From Squalus acanthias (taxonomy: Eukaryota): a stretch of 64,000 nucleotides of DNA. Below, one piece after another: positions 12,180-25,191 of the stretch. The stretch lies in NCBI GenBank assembly GCA_030390025.1, contig CM059438.1, forward strand, positions 62,870,001 to 62,934,000. Reading direction: 5' to 3'. The notes under the pieces are model-generated. The model did no database searches. It worked only from the letters and a program-made list of their open reading frames with translations, and was not told the DNA's origin. Made by a program: the position numbers and the translations under genes. How positions within the stretch are numbered: position 1 is the stretch's first letter; every line of letters starts with the position of its first letter.

Positions 12180-12405
12180 AATCTATTTGAGCCCTCAAGA
12201 TGACTGCCTCCTGGAACTAGTTTGATCGCCTTTGGGGATTAAAGAGGAATTTCCCAGAGGTTTTTCCCCCCCACCTGTCTTTGCCCCTCCCAGAAGGTTG
12301 CATGGGTGGGGGGGGGGGGTGCAATGGGGGTCATGGTGTGCAGGCGTAACAACACCATGAGCGTGTAGGGTGGGCTCAATGGACACGCTGGTCCTTTCCT
12401 GTTAC
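12180..12405 (+). mobile_element. Old CR1-type 3' UTR remnant
   Basis: GAGGAATTTCCCAG...GGCTCAATGGAC.CGCTGGTCCTTTCCTG. Confidence 0.4.
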
Positions 12406-13114
12406 TAAACAGAAACGGTTGCACTTCCAAGCATCCCTGCGAACTACTGGATAGGTGAAGCCTACTGTTGTGCAGGAGGCTGTGAGCGTGCAAGGAGGGT
12501 AATGATATACTACCTGAAGGTACGTAATGTTCTGATAGATATTTTTTTCTCTGCCAAAGCGTTGTCAGAATTTAGGCGAAATAATATATAATGTCATAAT
12601 CAGCATTAAGAAGTCACTATCCGTTCTGCTGTTGTGTGATCTGAATTGTATCTTTAATTCCCAAGATACCAATGAAGCTGCTAACTCCATGCAGATATTC
12701 TTGCAAAAGAGATTGGAGCCAGCTCCATTGATAAGTATCAACTGAAACGAGGAATTCACTGAATTTCTTCCTCCCCCCCCCACCCCAGAACAGAGAACTG
12801 CAGTAGCATGCCAACAAAAGTGCTTTCATGCTTTAACTCAGGAGCGACATTGTAGGTCGTAAAGATAGGGGTAGACATCGACCAAACGGAACGACATGTG
12901 CTGCTGGGACCATGGAAATGTGTGCAATTCCACCTGTACGGGTCGAATAGTGCGAGTTGTAGCCTCAAATTGATCACCTGAAGTTTGGCTAGATTACTTT
13001 CCAAGGATGGGTAAATGTGAATTAGGACTGTGTTTGCTCACACGCAGGGGTAAATGCCAACACGTACTGGTTGGGGCGAATGACCAGTTCCTGTATTGTA
13101 ACTTCTGTGCATTA

Positions 13115-13229
13115 CTGGTCTATACTGAGGCAGCTGATTTCGACTTGGCGTTGGTGGTGTATCAGGGCTAGGGAGGGGAAAATCAGCCAGGAGTTCCTGC
13201 TCCTCATCTTTTTCCTGCTGGAGAGTGCT
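13115..13229 (+). mobile_element. SINE family C, interrupted by RTE (continues at about 14558-14660)
   Basis: GGGCTAGGGAGGGGAAAATCAGCCAGG motif shared with 23560 and 60720. Confidence 0.6.
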
Positions 13230-13231
13230 CC

Positions 13232-14553
13232 TCTTCTTCTTAGGCAGTCCCTCGGAACTGAGGATGACTTGCTTCCACATTAAAAATGAGTTCTCAGGTG
13301 ACTGATGAGTCCAATGCGGGACCTACAGTCTCTGTCATAGGTGGGGCAGATGGTGGTTGAAGGGGCGGGTGGGTGGGGTGCTTGGGTTGACGTGCGCTCC
13401 TTCCGCGGTTTCCGCTTGCTCCCGGCGAAGAGACTCGAGGTGTTCTGCGCCTTCCCGGATGCTTCTCTTCCACTTTGTGGTCTTGGGCCAGGGATTCCCA
13501 AGTGTCAGTGGGGATGTTGCACTTTTTCAAGGAGGCTTTGAGGGTGTCCTTGAAGCGTTTCCTCTGCCCACCTGGGGCTCTCTTGCCGTGTCAGAGCTCT
13601 GAGTAGAGCGCTTGTTTAGGGAGTCTCGTATCGGGCATGCGGACGATGTGGCCCGTCCATCGGAGCTGATCAAGCATGGTCAAAGCTTCGATGCTGGGGA
13701 TGTTGGCCTGAGTGAGAATACTGACGTTGGTGCGCCTATCCTGCCAATAGATTTGCAGGATCTTGCGGAGGCAGCGTTGGTGGTACCTCTCCAGTGCTTT
13801 GAGGTGCCTGCTGTATGTACATGGTCCATGTCTCTGAAACATACAGGAGGGCGGGAATCACTGCTGCACTGTAGACCATGAGCTTGGTGCTGGGTTTGAG
13901 GTTCTGGTCTTCAAACACTCTCTTGCTCAGGCGACCGAAGGCTGCACTGGCACACTGAAGGCGGTGTTGGACTTCGTCGTCGACGTCTGCCCTTGTTGAC
14001 AGTAGGCTCCCGAGGTATGGAAAGTGGTCCACGTTGTCCAAGGCCTCGTCATGGATTTTGATAATTGGGGAGCTGTACTGTGTGGCGGGGGCAGGTTGGT
14101 AGAGGACCTTTGTCTTACGGATGTTTAGTGTAAAGCCCATGCTCTCATACACTTCGGTGAAGGTGTTGACGATGGTTTGGAGTTCGACCTCAGAGTGTGT
14201 GCAGACGCAAGCGTCGCCTGCATACTGTAATTCGATGACAGAGGATGGGACGACCTTGGATCTGGCCTGGAGGCGATGGAGGTCGGACAGTTTCCCGTTT
14301 GTTCTGTAGATTAGCTCCACTCCAGCGGGGAGCTTACCGAGGGTGAGATGGAGCATTGCAGCCAGGAAGATCGAGAAGAGCGTTGGTGCGATGACCTAGC
14401 CTTGCTTGACCCCGGTCCGTACGTGGAATGGGTCTGTGGTGGATCCGTTGGTCAGGATCACGGCTTGCATGTCGGCGTGAAGCAGGCGGAGGATGGTGAC
14501 AAACTTTTTGAGGGCAGCCGAATTTGAGGAGGACACTCCATAATCCCTCACTG
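13232..14553 (-). mobile_element. RTE (BovB-like) LINE, 5'-truncated, frameshifted
   Basis: GVKQG, ELQYAGD (YADD motif), NIRKTKV, FPYLGS, LRWTGHIVRMPDTRLPKQALYSEL, C-terminal RIGLISHLRTH; short GAA-type tail. Confidence 0.92.
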
Positions 14554-15174
14554 CTGGTCTGTGGAACAGGATCAGGATAGGGCTGAGACGAACAGCACCG
14601 CGTGGAAAGGTACCAAGCATGGCTCAGTGCCTTCAGAAGGATGGGGAACATTTGGGGAAAATGGAGTCAAGTCCACGATGGGGAAAATCGGATCTAGTTT
14701 GCGGGAGGAACGGGCTCGCTGTGGCAAAAATGGCCTTTTGCTGTGCCTGACTTTTATGTAAACTCCTCCAGAAACAGAGCCTCTATGAACTGAGTATTCT
14801 GGTGTGAGGAATCTGCCCAACTGCCTGGGACGGAACTTCCCTCTTGCCTTCTGCATGTAAAATGTTATGTTCCATCCGTAAACATTAACAATACTTGTGG
14901 ATAGCTCATCTGTCATTAAATTTTATAAGCCACCATAATTTTTTTTACAGCATTCAGCTATTAACATGCTCCGGTGAACTACAAATATTTTTAAGATGTG
15001 ACAGTGCCAAGAAAGTTAAATATTTAATCTTGGAAACACACAGGTTGTACAAGGACAAACGTCTGGGTACATTAAATGAAACGGTGTGTCTTTGTGTTGG
15101 TGATTATTCCAATTTTCTCCTCACTTGACCGGGAGGGTTGCCTGGTGTCCATGGTTCAGTGCATAATGCACGTA

Positions 15175-15485
15175 CCTTTCGGATGAGACGTTAAACTGAG
15201 GCCCTGTCTTTCTTTTCAGGTGGAGTAAAAGGTCCAGTGGCACTATTTTGATAAAGACCATGGGAGTTCTCCCCGGTGTCCTGGCCAATCAGCCAATATC
15301 ACTAAAACAGATTATCAGGTCATTATCACATTGCTGTTTGTGGGAGCTTGCTGTGCGCAAATTGGCTGCCGCGTTTCCTACATTACAACAGTGACTACAC
15401 TTCTAAAGTATTTCATTGGCTGTAAAGCGCTTTGGCATGTCCTGAGGGTGTGAAGGGCGCCATATAAATGCAAGTTCTTTCTTTT
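15175..15485 (+). mobile_element. SacSINE1-like Deu-SINE, 3' part
   Basis: GGATGAGACGTTAAAC...GCGCCATATAAATGCAAGTTCTTT. Confidence 0.9.
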
Positions 15486-15705
15486 ACCTACTAATCCATG
15501 GTTGGGGGTGGGGGGGATGTCCGTGGAACAACTTAAACAATTTTGGGTTTTTGTTCTGCAAATTATTAAAGGGGTTATTGTCATCTCGCAGACAGGCCGA
15601 ATGCAATACATGGCCATCTTTGTGAAATCCAGAGTTCTGGAATGCAGTTCAATAAAACAAAAGCCGGTTTATTGCGATTCAGAAATGGGGTTGGTCAGTA
15701 CGTGC

Positions 15706-15840
15706 TGTAATATATGTGGGTAGAACAAATGAAGGACAGAGACGATCAGTTGCTAGTTCATGTGTTTGCTTTACTAGGCCAGAGCAAACCGAGCATGCTC
15801 ATACTAAACTGTGTGACAAGCCATGTGATAATACATTACA
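15706..15840 (-). repeat. Gypsy 3' LTR (135 bp)
   Basis: TGTAAT...ATTACA; preceded on minus by the polypurine tract AAGGGGGGAAGCAG (15841-15854). Confidence 0.95.
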
Positions 15841-16219
15841 CTGCTTCCCCCCTTAAAAAAAACCGTATGTATTCCCCTCTCAAATGCAACAAAACTATGG
15901 TCCCACCTTTCCCAGCATTACATGTACCACATAACAAAAACTCCTGGCTTTTTTTTTCTTTTAAATGAACTACAAATCCAGTTTAATAACAGGTTTGTGG
16001 AGCCTTCTTGATCTCTTTACTGAAGGTTTTGGTGTTGAACCAATTTTCGGGCTGTTTTGTTTTGGTTCCAAACTCAAAGAAGTAGATACCACCACTCTGT
16101 TTCCCACTTGATACAACCTTGCTCACAAGACAATTCAGTACGATGGTTATGGAATGGTTTCAATTCTGTGTCCAGACACTGATCAGTCCATCCGTTCAAG
16201 GTGTTTTCATGCACTCTTT

Positions 16220-17750
16220 TCAGTACTGAGTCCTTTTGAGTCTCATCTGCATCTCAGTTGCATTCACGGGAAAGTCTTTGTCAACTGCACCTAGCGTGAA
16301 AATCTCACCTTCACTCCCAACACATGAGTCCTCACGTGGCAATCTGGACAAGGCATCTGCGATTGCGTTTTGCTTTGAAGTGCGATATTCAATCGTGTAG
16401 TCATATTGTGACAACAACACTGCCCAACGTTGCATTCTTGATGCGGCCATTGCAAGGATGGCAGATTTGGGTCCCAATATTGCTAGGAGCGGTTTGTGAT
16501 CAGTTATCAGGGTAAACTTTCTGCCGATCAGGAATTGTTGGAATTTCTTGATTCCAAACACTATGGCGAGTGCTTCCTTTTCAATTTGCACGTAGTTTCT
16601 TTCTTTGTGAGGGTTCGCAATGCGAACGCGATTGGTTTCTCATGGACGTCATCCATTATGTGGCTTATGACAGCTCCCACACCGTAGCTGGAAGCATCAC
16701 ACGCTAACCTAAGCTCACACTCTGTCGTAGTGCACAAGTAGAGCATCGCTAGAGAGGATTCTCTTACAAGCGTCGTAAGCTTCCTGTTGTGCTTTCCTCC
16801 ACTTCCACTGGACATCATTGAGGAGCTCGTGCAGTGGAGCTAACATGATTGCTAACTCAGGTAAGAAATGTGCGTAGTACTGGACCATTCCAAGGAAAGA
16901 TCTTAACTCAGACACGTTCTGTGGCTTTGGAGCATTGTTGACAGCATCAACCTTTTCACTGGTTGCAAGCCATTTGCATCAACTTTCAGACCAAGGTACA
17001 CAACCTCAGGCTGTACAAAAGCACATTTGCTCCTTTTCAATTTGACATTGTGGGCATTCAGCCTTTGAAGCACTATATCGAACCCGTCTAGATTTTCTTC
17101 CTCGCTGCTTGTTGTGATCAGCATATCGTCTTGATTGCATAAGCAATTTGGAACTCCGTGCAAAATCTTATCCATTGTAGCCTGGAAGATTTTGGGGGCG
17201 GACTTTACACCATATGGCAGCTTGGTGTATGAGTACAGTCCCTTATGTGTGTTGATATACTGGTGACTTGTCTTTGTCAACATTCAGCGGAGCGTAAGCA
17301 TATGACAGGTCAAGCTTGGAGAAAACCTTTGACCCAGAGAGTGCTGCATACAAATCTTGTGATGTAGGTAACGGGTAATGCTCAGCGTCAACTGCTTGGT
17401 TGATAGTAACTTTGTAGTCACCGCACAAGGGTACAGTTTTGTCTGCTTTGGGCACTACCACAATCAGGGTAGCTCATTCACTTTTGTCAGTTTTTACTAG
17501 CACTCCGTTCACTCTGAGCTTCGCTAGCTCTTCCTCCACCTGACTTTTCAATGCATAGGAACCGGCTTTGCCTTACAATAGACAGCCTTCGCGTTGGACT
17601 TGATGCGGATATGCGCGTCATACCCAGTGATGCCCTCATAACTGTTTGAGAACATGCTTTCATACTTGTTCAGCATTGTGTTGAGTCGCTTTTTTGAAGC
17701 ATATACACTGAAGATGTTTTATCCAGTCTAGTTTTAACATTCTCAACCAG
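16220..17750 (-). pseudogene. Gypsy pol: RT and RNase H fragments
   Basis: VVPKAD...LCGDYKVTIN, KLDLS, LPYGVKSAP.IFQ, NQDD, LACDASSYGVGAV, QIEKEALAIVFG, TDHKPL. Confidence 0.92.
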
Positions 17751-17755
17751 TCTTT

Positions 17756-19423
17756 TGTGTCTGTCTTCATGGAAGAAGACGCAAAAAAAAAACCTGGAAA
17801 TAGTGGAAAACCAAGGGTCTAGCGAGAATGAGGAAGTGAAAGAAATTAGTATTAGTAAAAAAAATAGTACTGGAGAAATTAATGAGGCTGAAAGCCAACA
17901 AATCCCCCGGACCTGATGGCCTACATCCTAGGGTTTTAAAAGAGGTGGCTACAGAGATAGTGGATGCATTGTTTGTCATTTTCCAAAATTCCATAGATTC
18001 TAGAACGGTTCCTGCGGATTGGAAGGTAGCAAATGTAACCCCACTATTTAAGAAAGGAGGGAGAGAGAAAAGGGGGAACTACAGAGCAGTTAGACTGAAA
18101 TCAGCAGTAGGGAAAATGCTAGAATCTATTATTAAGGACGTGGTAACAGGGCACTTAGAAAATAATAATAGGATTAGGCAGAGTTTTTTCAGGTTGTAAC
18201 TAGCAGAATAGATAAGGGGGAACCAGTGGATGTGGTGTATTTGGATTTTCAGAAGGTGCCACACAAGAGGTTATTAAATAAAATTAGGGCTCATGGGATT
18301 GGGGGTAATATACTAGCATGGATTGGGGGTTGGTAAACGGACAGAAAACAGAGAGTAGGAATAAACAGGTCATTTTCGGGTTGGCAGGCTGTAACTAGTG
18401 GGGTACTGCAAGGATCGGTGCTTGGGCCTCAGCTATTCATAATCTATATCAATGATTTGGATGAGGGGACCAAATGTAATATATCCAAGTTTGCTGCTGA
18501 TACAAAGCTAGGTGTAAGTGTAAGTTGTGAGGAGGATGCAAAGAGGCTTCAAGGGGATATAGACAGGTTAAGTGAGTGGGCAAGAACATGGCAAATGGAA
18601 TATAATGTGGAGAAATGTGAAGTTATCCACTTTGGTAGGAAAAATAGAAAAGCAGAGTATTTTTTAAATGGTGAGTGATTGGGAAATGTTGGTGTTCAGA
18701 GGGACCTGGGTGTCCTTGTACACGAATCACTGAAAGTTAACATGCAGGTACAGTAAGCAATTAGGAAAGCAAATGGTATGTTGGCCTTTATTATAAGAGG
18801 ATTTGAGTATAAGAGTAAAGACGTCTTACTGCAATTATATAGGGCCCTAGTGAGACCACACCTGGAGTATTGTGTACAGTTTTGGTCTCCTTACCTAAGG
18901 AAGGATATATTTGCCATAGAGGGAGTGCAACGAAGGTTCACCAGACTGGTTCCTGGGATGGGGAGGATTGTCTTATGAGGAGAGATTGAGTAGACTGGGC
19001 CTATATTCTCTGGAGCTTAGAAGAATGAAAGGTGATCTCATTGAAACATATAAAATTCTTACAGGGCTTGACAGGGTAGATGCAGGGAGGATGTTTCCCC
19101 TGGCTTGGGAGTCTAGAACCAGTGGGTCAGTCTCAGAATAAGGGGTCGGCCATTTAGGACTGAGATGAGGAGAAATTTCTTCACTCAGAAGGTAGTAAAT
19201 CTTTGGAATTCTCTACCCCAGATTGCTGTGGAGGCTCAGTCGTTGAGTATATTCAAGACAGAGATCGATACATTTTTGGATATTAAGGGAATCAAGGGAT
19301 ATGGGGATAGTGCAGGAAAGTGCAGTTGATGATCAGCCATGATCTTATTGAATGGCGGAGCAGGCTCGAGGGGCTAAATGGCCTACTCCTGCTCCTATTT
19401 CTTATGTTGTTCTTATGTTCTTT
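17756..19423 (+). mobile_element. CR1 LINE (family A) nested in Gypsy pol
   Basis: KSPGPDGLHPRVLKE, DWKVANVTPLFKKG, SKFAADTK, VRPHLEYCVQFW; TTCTTATG tail; TCTTT repeated at both junctions. Confidence 0.95.
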
Positions 19424-20623
19424 GCCCATGAGAGTTGGCCTGTTGTTGTAGCTCACTACAATAATAGGCAGCTTTACTGACTGGCCATTGTGTTGAACTG
19501 TACATTCCAGTTGTCCACATGTCTTTAGGATTTCTCTGGAGTAGGTTTTTAACTCTACAGTACTCTTTGTAAGTGGTATTTAATTAAATTTACTCTCATG
19601 TGTCCTTACTCATGATAGAGCAGTCCGCTGCTGTGTCGATACACATCAATATATTGGTCGTTGATCAAAAGTTTTGTACGGAAGTCTTTCTCACGACTGC
19701 TAGCATTGCCGCTAGTGGCATAGATACTATAGATTCCTAGTTCTTCAGCATCAGGAGTGTTTACTTCAATATTGTGAACTCCTCCCTTTTGTTGTCGCTG
19801 CTTTGCATTGCCACTAGAATGGTTCTTACTTCCTGTTTGAGATCTAGCTCTGCAAGCTGTTGAAATATGGCCTTGCTTCTGACAGTGAAAACACTTCACA
19901 TTTCCATACTGGTAGAACTGTGGTGAGTGATTTCCATTGCAGTGACAACAATTCACTGAACTGTTCTCACCGACATGCTTTTGACTTGGTCTCACAGCTT
20001 TAGGTTTGGCGGTGGCTTTGTGACTGTAGACCTCAGCTGCACTCGTCACTTGAGTTGGATGGAGCTCCCTAGAATTCTTAAGACGACATCTCCATAGATA
20101 GGGTAATTTTACATGCTTTGTCAAAAGTTAGCTTCGGCGTGTTCAGTAACGTGGACTGTGTGCACTCATCCACCAGTCCACACACAAACTTATCTCGCAA
20201 CGCATGATCCAAAAATGTGCCGAAGTTACAATGCATAGACAGGTTTTTAGAGCTACAAGGTACTCACTGATAGTTTCACTTTGATTTTGGTTTCTGGTAC
20301 CTCTCTATTTCTAACGGCTTTGGGTCGAAATGGTCCTCGAGATTTTCAACAATGTCTTCAAACGATGCATTCTTCGCTTTCCCGGGCTGGAGTAGGTTTG
20401 TCAAAGTTCCGTAGACATCTGGCCCGATCTCTGTTAGAAAAATTGCTTTCTTCCGTTCACGAATTACTTTTATTTTGAGCTTGAACATTCTCAGCTGCAC
20501 CTTCGGTCTCAATAATGTTGTTGACCTTAAAAAGAAAAAAAAAAATCTCCATCCGCTCAATGTAAGAACTAAATGGTTCGCGAGCATGTCGAGGCTTCCG
20601 ATGAATCCCGTAGGCGCGGCCAT
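19424..20623 (-). pseudogene. Gypsy gag-protease remnant
   Basis: KKAIFLTEIGPDVY, zinc knuckles CCHCNGNH / CFHCQKQGHISTAC, protease DTAADCS. Confidence 0.85.
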
Positions 20624-20850
20624 GATTGTCCCAATCCCGTTGAACAGTGACTCAGCACGCTACCTGTGAGAATCAACGCCGCTGTTGCTGTGTATACATA
20701 CACGCGAAGGCGAAGCACAGACGATTCTGCATCAGCATTAACGGTAAAACATCGCAAAAATTCAGTTTAGGTGTCACAAATTCACCTTAAACTTTTCCAC
20801 TCAAAGGTCGAACATTGCGTTCTTCCATGATCCCTAAAAATGGCTTTGGG

Positions 20851-20868
20851 ATCCCATTCTCGTCGCCA
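20851..20868 (-). promoter_or_regulatory. Primer-binding site, tRNA-Ser(GCU)
   Basis: TGGCGACGAGAATGGGAT, complementary to the 3' end of vertebrate tRNA-Ser(GCU) (ATCCCATCCTCGTCG-CCA) with one mismatch. Confidence 0.8.
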
Positions 20869-20872
20869 AAAA

Positions 20873-20997
20873 TGTAATCTATGTGGGTAGAACAAATGAA
20901 GGACAGAGACACGATGAGTTGTTGGTCCATGTGCTTGCTTTACTAGGCCAGAGCGAACTGAGCATGCTCACACTAAACCATGTGATAATATATTACA
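20873..20997 (-). repeat. Gypsy 5' LTR (125 bp)
   Basis: Direct repeat of 15706-15840 with about 10 substitutions and two indels. Confidence 0.95.
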
Positions 20998-22248
20998 CAT
21001 GCGGCAAACTGTTAACACACAACAATGCTGGTAACTCGACCTGCTTCAGAAAGCTTCACTCTCCAAATTAGAATCAAGGCAATGTAAACAAACATTTTGT
21101 TTCATAATCTGGAGTCACTGCATTGCTGAGCAAACCTAATTGTTGAAGAATTGCACATAATTCAGCTTGCATCCTGTTCCCTGGCACAGCTGGAGGAATA
21201 AATTGAGAACATCTGAGCTCTGTCTTGGAGAGAAAAATAGCAAATTAGCTTAAAATTACTTTTTGTAATTATATTATATTTGATGTTCCTCCTATAATTC
21301 TTTGTAGCAGGTGCCAATCACTGCATCAGAACCCCACCTAAAATGGCTTCCTCCCGCTCTTGGCTCATTCCCCAAAGTCCATTGGTGTAGACTTTGCAGG
21401 GAGATGAGCGGAAACCAAGTCCATACTTCTCCGACATTTCTGAGATGTCCTTTTGGACCTGGTTGTTCAAATGTTCTTCTTCACAGTGACTTGACTTGTC
21501 AACCCTTTTGTGCACCATCTACTCTCTGTAGCATGTGGAGCCTGTCTAGGCTGTTAAAAAGTAGCAAAAAACTGAGGGAGAAAGTAATAACCCTGAACAT
21601 TATACTGGTTGCTGCAATTATATTTTAGAAGGATGTTGTGTTTGACGTAACCTTGAAGCAGAGTAAAGAAGGTAACATTTCCTTAGACTGCATTAACTCT
21701 TTTGCTTTAGCAGACTGAAAATTCATCATTCTTGTTAGGCTGCTGTAGCAGGAAGATTTTAAGTTGTCCTTTTCACTGATACTGGATTGTTCTTTTGCAA
21801 CTAACTGTATGTCTACTTTGGGGGAAAAAAATCTTCTAGACTTTATTTTCTGCATTCTCTCTCTCTTCCTCTTTGGCTCTGTCACTTTTTGTCGAAGACT
21901 GTATCTTGTTCTCACTGCCCCCCTCAATCTATTTCTATCTCGGAGTTTCATTTGTCACGGAAGGTGGCTAACAGCATCCACTACCTCTTAATTCGAGCAG
22001 TGTTCCTGGCCATACTTCCAGGGGCAGATGCGGCCTAATTTTATCCACTGATCAGATTATTTAAAGATTTCCAGCTATGTAAATGGCAGGAAACTTGGTG
22101 CATTGCCGCAGTAAATATCAATTTGGTAGACACCAATGGAATACAAATGGTTGTGTACTGCTAAAACTGATTGGTTAGCAAAATGTGTCCTTCAGTACTC
22201 ACCTTCATTAAATGGGCATCTGTTCTTGGGTAGTTTTTTTCTGAGTTA

Positions 22249-22652
22249 AGAAGAAAGAAAAGACTTGCATTTCTGTAGCGCCTTTCGTGACCTCCGGACA
22301 TCTCAAAGCGCTTTACAGCCAATGAAGTGCTATTTTTGAAATGCAGTCACTGTTGTAATTTAGGGAAACGCATTAGCCAATTTGCGCACAGCAAGCTCCC
22401 ACAAACAGCAATGTGATAATGACCAGATCATTTGCGTAGTGTTTTAGTGATGTTGATTGAGGGATAAATATTGTTCAGGACAAGGGGACACCTGTTGTTC
22501 TTTTAAATCCACCTGAGAGGGCAGACGGGGCTTTGGTTTAACGTCTCTGCTGAAAGTCGGCACCTCCGACAGTGCAGCGCTCAAGTCTCTGCGGTGGGAC
22601 TTGAACCCACACCTTTTGATTCGGAGGCGAGAGTGCTACCACTGAGCCAAGA
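22249..22652 (-). mobile_element. SacSINE1-like Deu-SINE
   Basis: Head-to-tail match to 35349-35809 with internal deletions. Confidence 0.9.
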
Positions 22653-22991
22653 ACTTGCACATTGGGCTCGGCCCCGGGATCGTGGAGAAACCTGCGCGCA
22701 TGATGGTAGCCACTGGGGGAGCAAGCTGCCAACCAAACTCACCTGTTTGCTGTCGAGGCTGTAGCCGACATTGAGGCAGTCCCAGATACTTTTCGGAATT
22801 GTAGTCAATCCAACACACCGAGGTTGAATGCATACTGTTGTTGTGTATGTACGGTAAAGATAAGAATGATAAATGGAACTGAGTATACATGTACATGATG
22901 TTGCATTGTAATAGTATAATACAAACGTGTGGTGGCCAAGGTGGCCATGATTGCCTCAGCAAATTTTGACACTCTTTATGTCGCTGCCCTT

Positions 22992-23375
22992 AACAACAAC
23001 AACAACAACAACAACAACAACTTGTATTTTTATAGTGCCTTTAACATAGCGAAACATCCCAAGGCGCTTCACAGGAGCGTATTCAGAGAAAAAGCCAAGA
23101 CAAAGGAAGATATATTAGGAGTGATGGCTAAAAGCTTGTTCAAAGAGGTGGGTTTTAAGGAGGGTCTTAAAGGTGGAGAAAGAGGGTGGAGAGGTTCACA
23201 GAGGGAAAGGTTGACGACACGGCCGGCAGCGATGGGGCGAGGAGTGTGGCGTGTGCACACGGGGCCGTATTGGTGGCAACACCGAGCTCTTGGAGGGTTG
23301 TGTGGCAGGAGGCGGTTGCAGAGATGGGAAGCGGTGAGGCCATGAAGGGATTTAAACACCAGGATAAAAAATTTT
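22992..23375 (-). mobile_element. L2 3' end with (AAC)n tail
   Basis: ORF 23069-23359 FKSLHGLTASHLCNRL; homologous to 8066-8440. Confidence 0.85.
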
Positions 23376-23439
23376 TAACGCCGGCTGTGCACTGTTTATT
23401 CCCCATTTTGTGTCGTTGACTGATGACTTAGTAAGCGCA

Positions 23440-23635
23440 CTGCCTATGGTGGAACGGAGTCATTCAGACCAGGAATATCGTACGTTTCATTCCTGATCTA
23501 TGCTGAGGTAACACTTTGCAGCCACGGGTGATTGTGGTGGCGGTCATGTTGCCCTCAACCCTGGGCTAGGAGGAGGAAATATCTGTCACCATTCAGATTG
23601 CTCACTGGTGACTCCTACTGAAAAGTGTGTGTACT
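23440..23635 (+). mobile_element. SINE family C 5' part
   Basis: CAGACCAGGAA...CCTGATCTATGCTGAG...CCTGGGCTAGGAGGAGGAAAT. Confidence 0.55.
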
Positions 23636-24342
23636 GTGTTCTATTGAGAAGCCTTTATATTCCCTGAACAAATGCGTTTTGTGTTTTTAAATTTTCCATA
23701 AGCAGCATTTGAATTCATATCCTAGATTTTCCCGGTGCTTGCAGTGGTATCCGCAATATAACTTCAACATGTGAAATGAGTTTTAAAGATATGCACTCGC
23801 TGGCTTTTTTTTAATGTGACTTTTATGTTCATCGGGGAGAGGGATAGTAGTTAACGAATGTAACATTTTCCATTTTATGCCCTCCGTCATCTTAAGCACT
23901 CTCAGGCCAGACGCAACGTGCAGAAATACAAGATGCCATTATCTCCAGCATCATATACCTCAGCCTCAAATTGCATTTACAAATGCTATTTTCTTCCAAC
24001 TAACCTCCCCGTGTAAACAAGGCAAAATTCCAAAGTGTGCGAGGTAATGCTGATGAGCAAAAAGTGCTGGTGCAGTGAGCCCTCATTATAATCACAGGCT
24101 AGATGACGATGATAACCTGTGAGATGCGATTTATATCCCATGAGCTGGTTGACCTGATAACTGTCTCATGGGGTCCTCATAATGTATTCTGTTTATCCTA
24201 TACTTCAACATAATTAGGCAGGCAAGCAGGTAAAGATGGTTTCCGCAATGCACCTACTTGTTCGTGATTGGGGGCTGACTTGTTAGTTATCATATGTAGA
24301 TTTAGAATGTTAAAAGCTTCCAAATTATTTAGTAAAATAAAA

Positions 24343-24594
24343 TGGCCCCGATTTTAACTCCAGGTGGATTCCCCGCTCAGGCCGGGTCTCAATGACGTCA
24401 TCGGGCCTCAACGTGCGTGTGTAAAGAAGGACCCCGTTGGCTCCGGGAGCGTGTCATTGCTGCCTGCTCAGGAGGACAGGTTAAAATTGCAGATGTTGCG
24501 ATCATGGCGGCTTTCGGACAGGCAAGAGCTGGGGCGATTTTAACTGCCCACCCGCCAGGTTTCTGCTGAGCGAGTCGGGCTAAAATCTCCCCCA
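24343..24594. mobile_element. Harbinger-like MITE
   Basis: Repeated and inverted GATTTTAAC / GTTAAAAT terminal motifs, GC-rich. Confidence 0.5.
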
Positions 24595-25191
24595 ATAGCT
24601 CCAGCAATGAGGTGCTATATATTGTCATGCCCACAAGATATGGAAAATATTGCATGAAAATTGTGTTAGATGTAGAATAACAGGAGTTGGACGGTAATTC
24701 CATGAGCCAACCAAGGGCGAGGTTGAGGACCAAGTTAGGATTTGAATTGAATTGACCCTCTCCATTCTTTCAATAAATAAAACAGACTTAAATTGCCTCC
24801 GCTTTTCATAAACCCTTTTATTTGCAACCGCATTTCCTTTAAACAAGTTAGCGAGTTTGGGGGGAGGAGAAAATAAAAGATCGTGTAATTGTGTCACTTG
24901 TGAGCTGAGCTATTTAACAGTTGAACTGGCTTATTGTGGACCTGCTCTGTTTTGTAAAGATGGGCTGTACTTGGACATTGTGCATGAATGAAACATGAGC
25001 GTGAAGGCTGGCCAAGTTTCTCCAGCGTGCCGCCCGCAGACTCTGCAGTTGCACTTTTATGCTATATTAAATCTTCCAAATGAATTCTCTGGATAAGAGT
25101 CCAGTAAATAATTAACTTTGAGTGTGTGGGAGCCCTGGGTTATTTTATTCAACTTAATAAACCACACTTTTCTAAAAGTCATCAGCTCACC

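Larger units (their letters stand above)
15706..20997 (-). mobile_element. Ty3/Gypsy (Mag-like) LTR retrotransposon, decayed, integrase deleted, with nested CR1
   Basis: Paired TG..CA LTRs, 5-bp TSD CGTGC/CATGC, PBS, PPT, gag-PR-RT-RNase H fragments. Confidence 0.95.
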
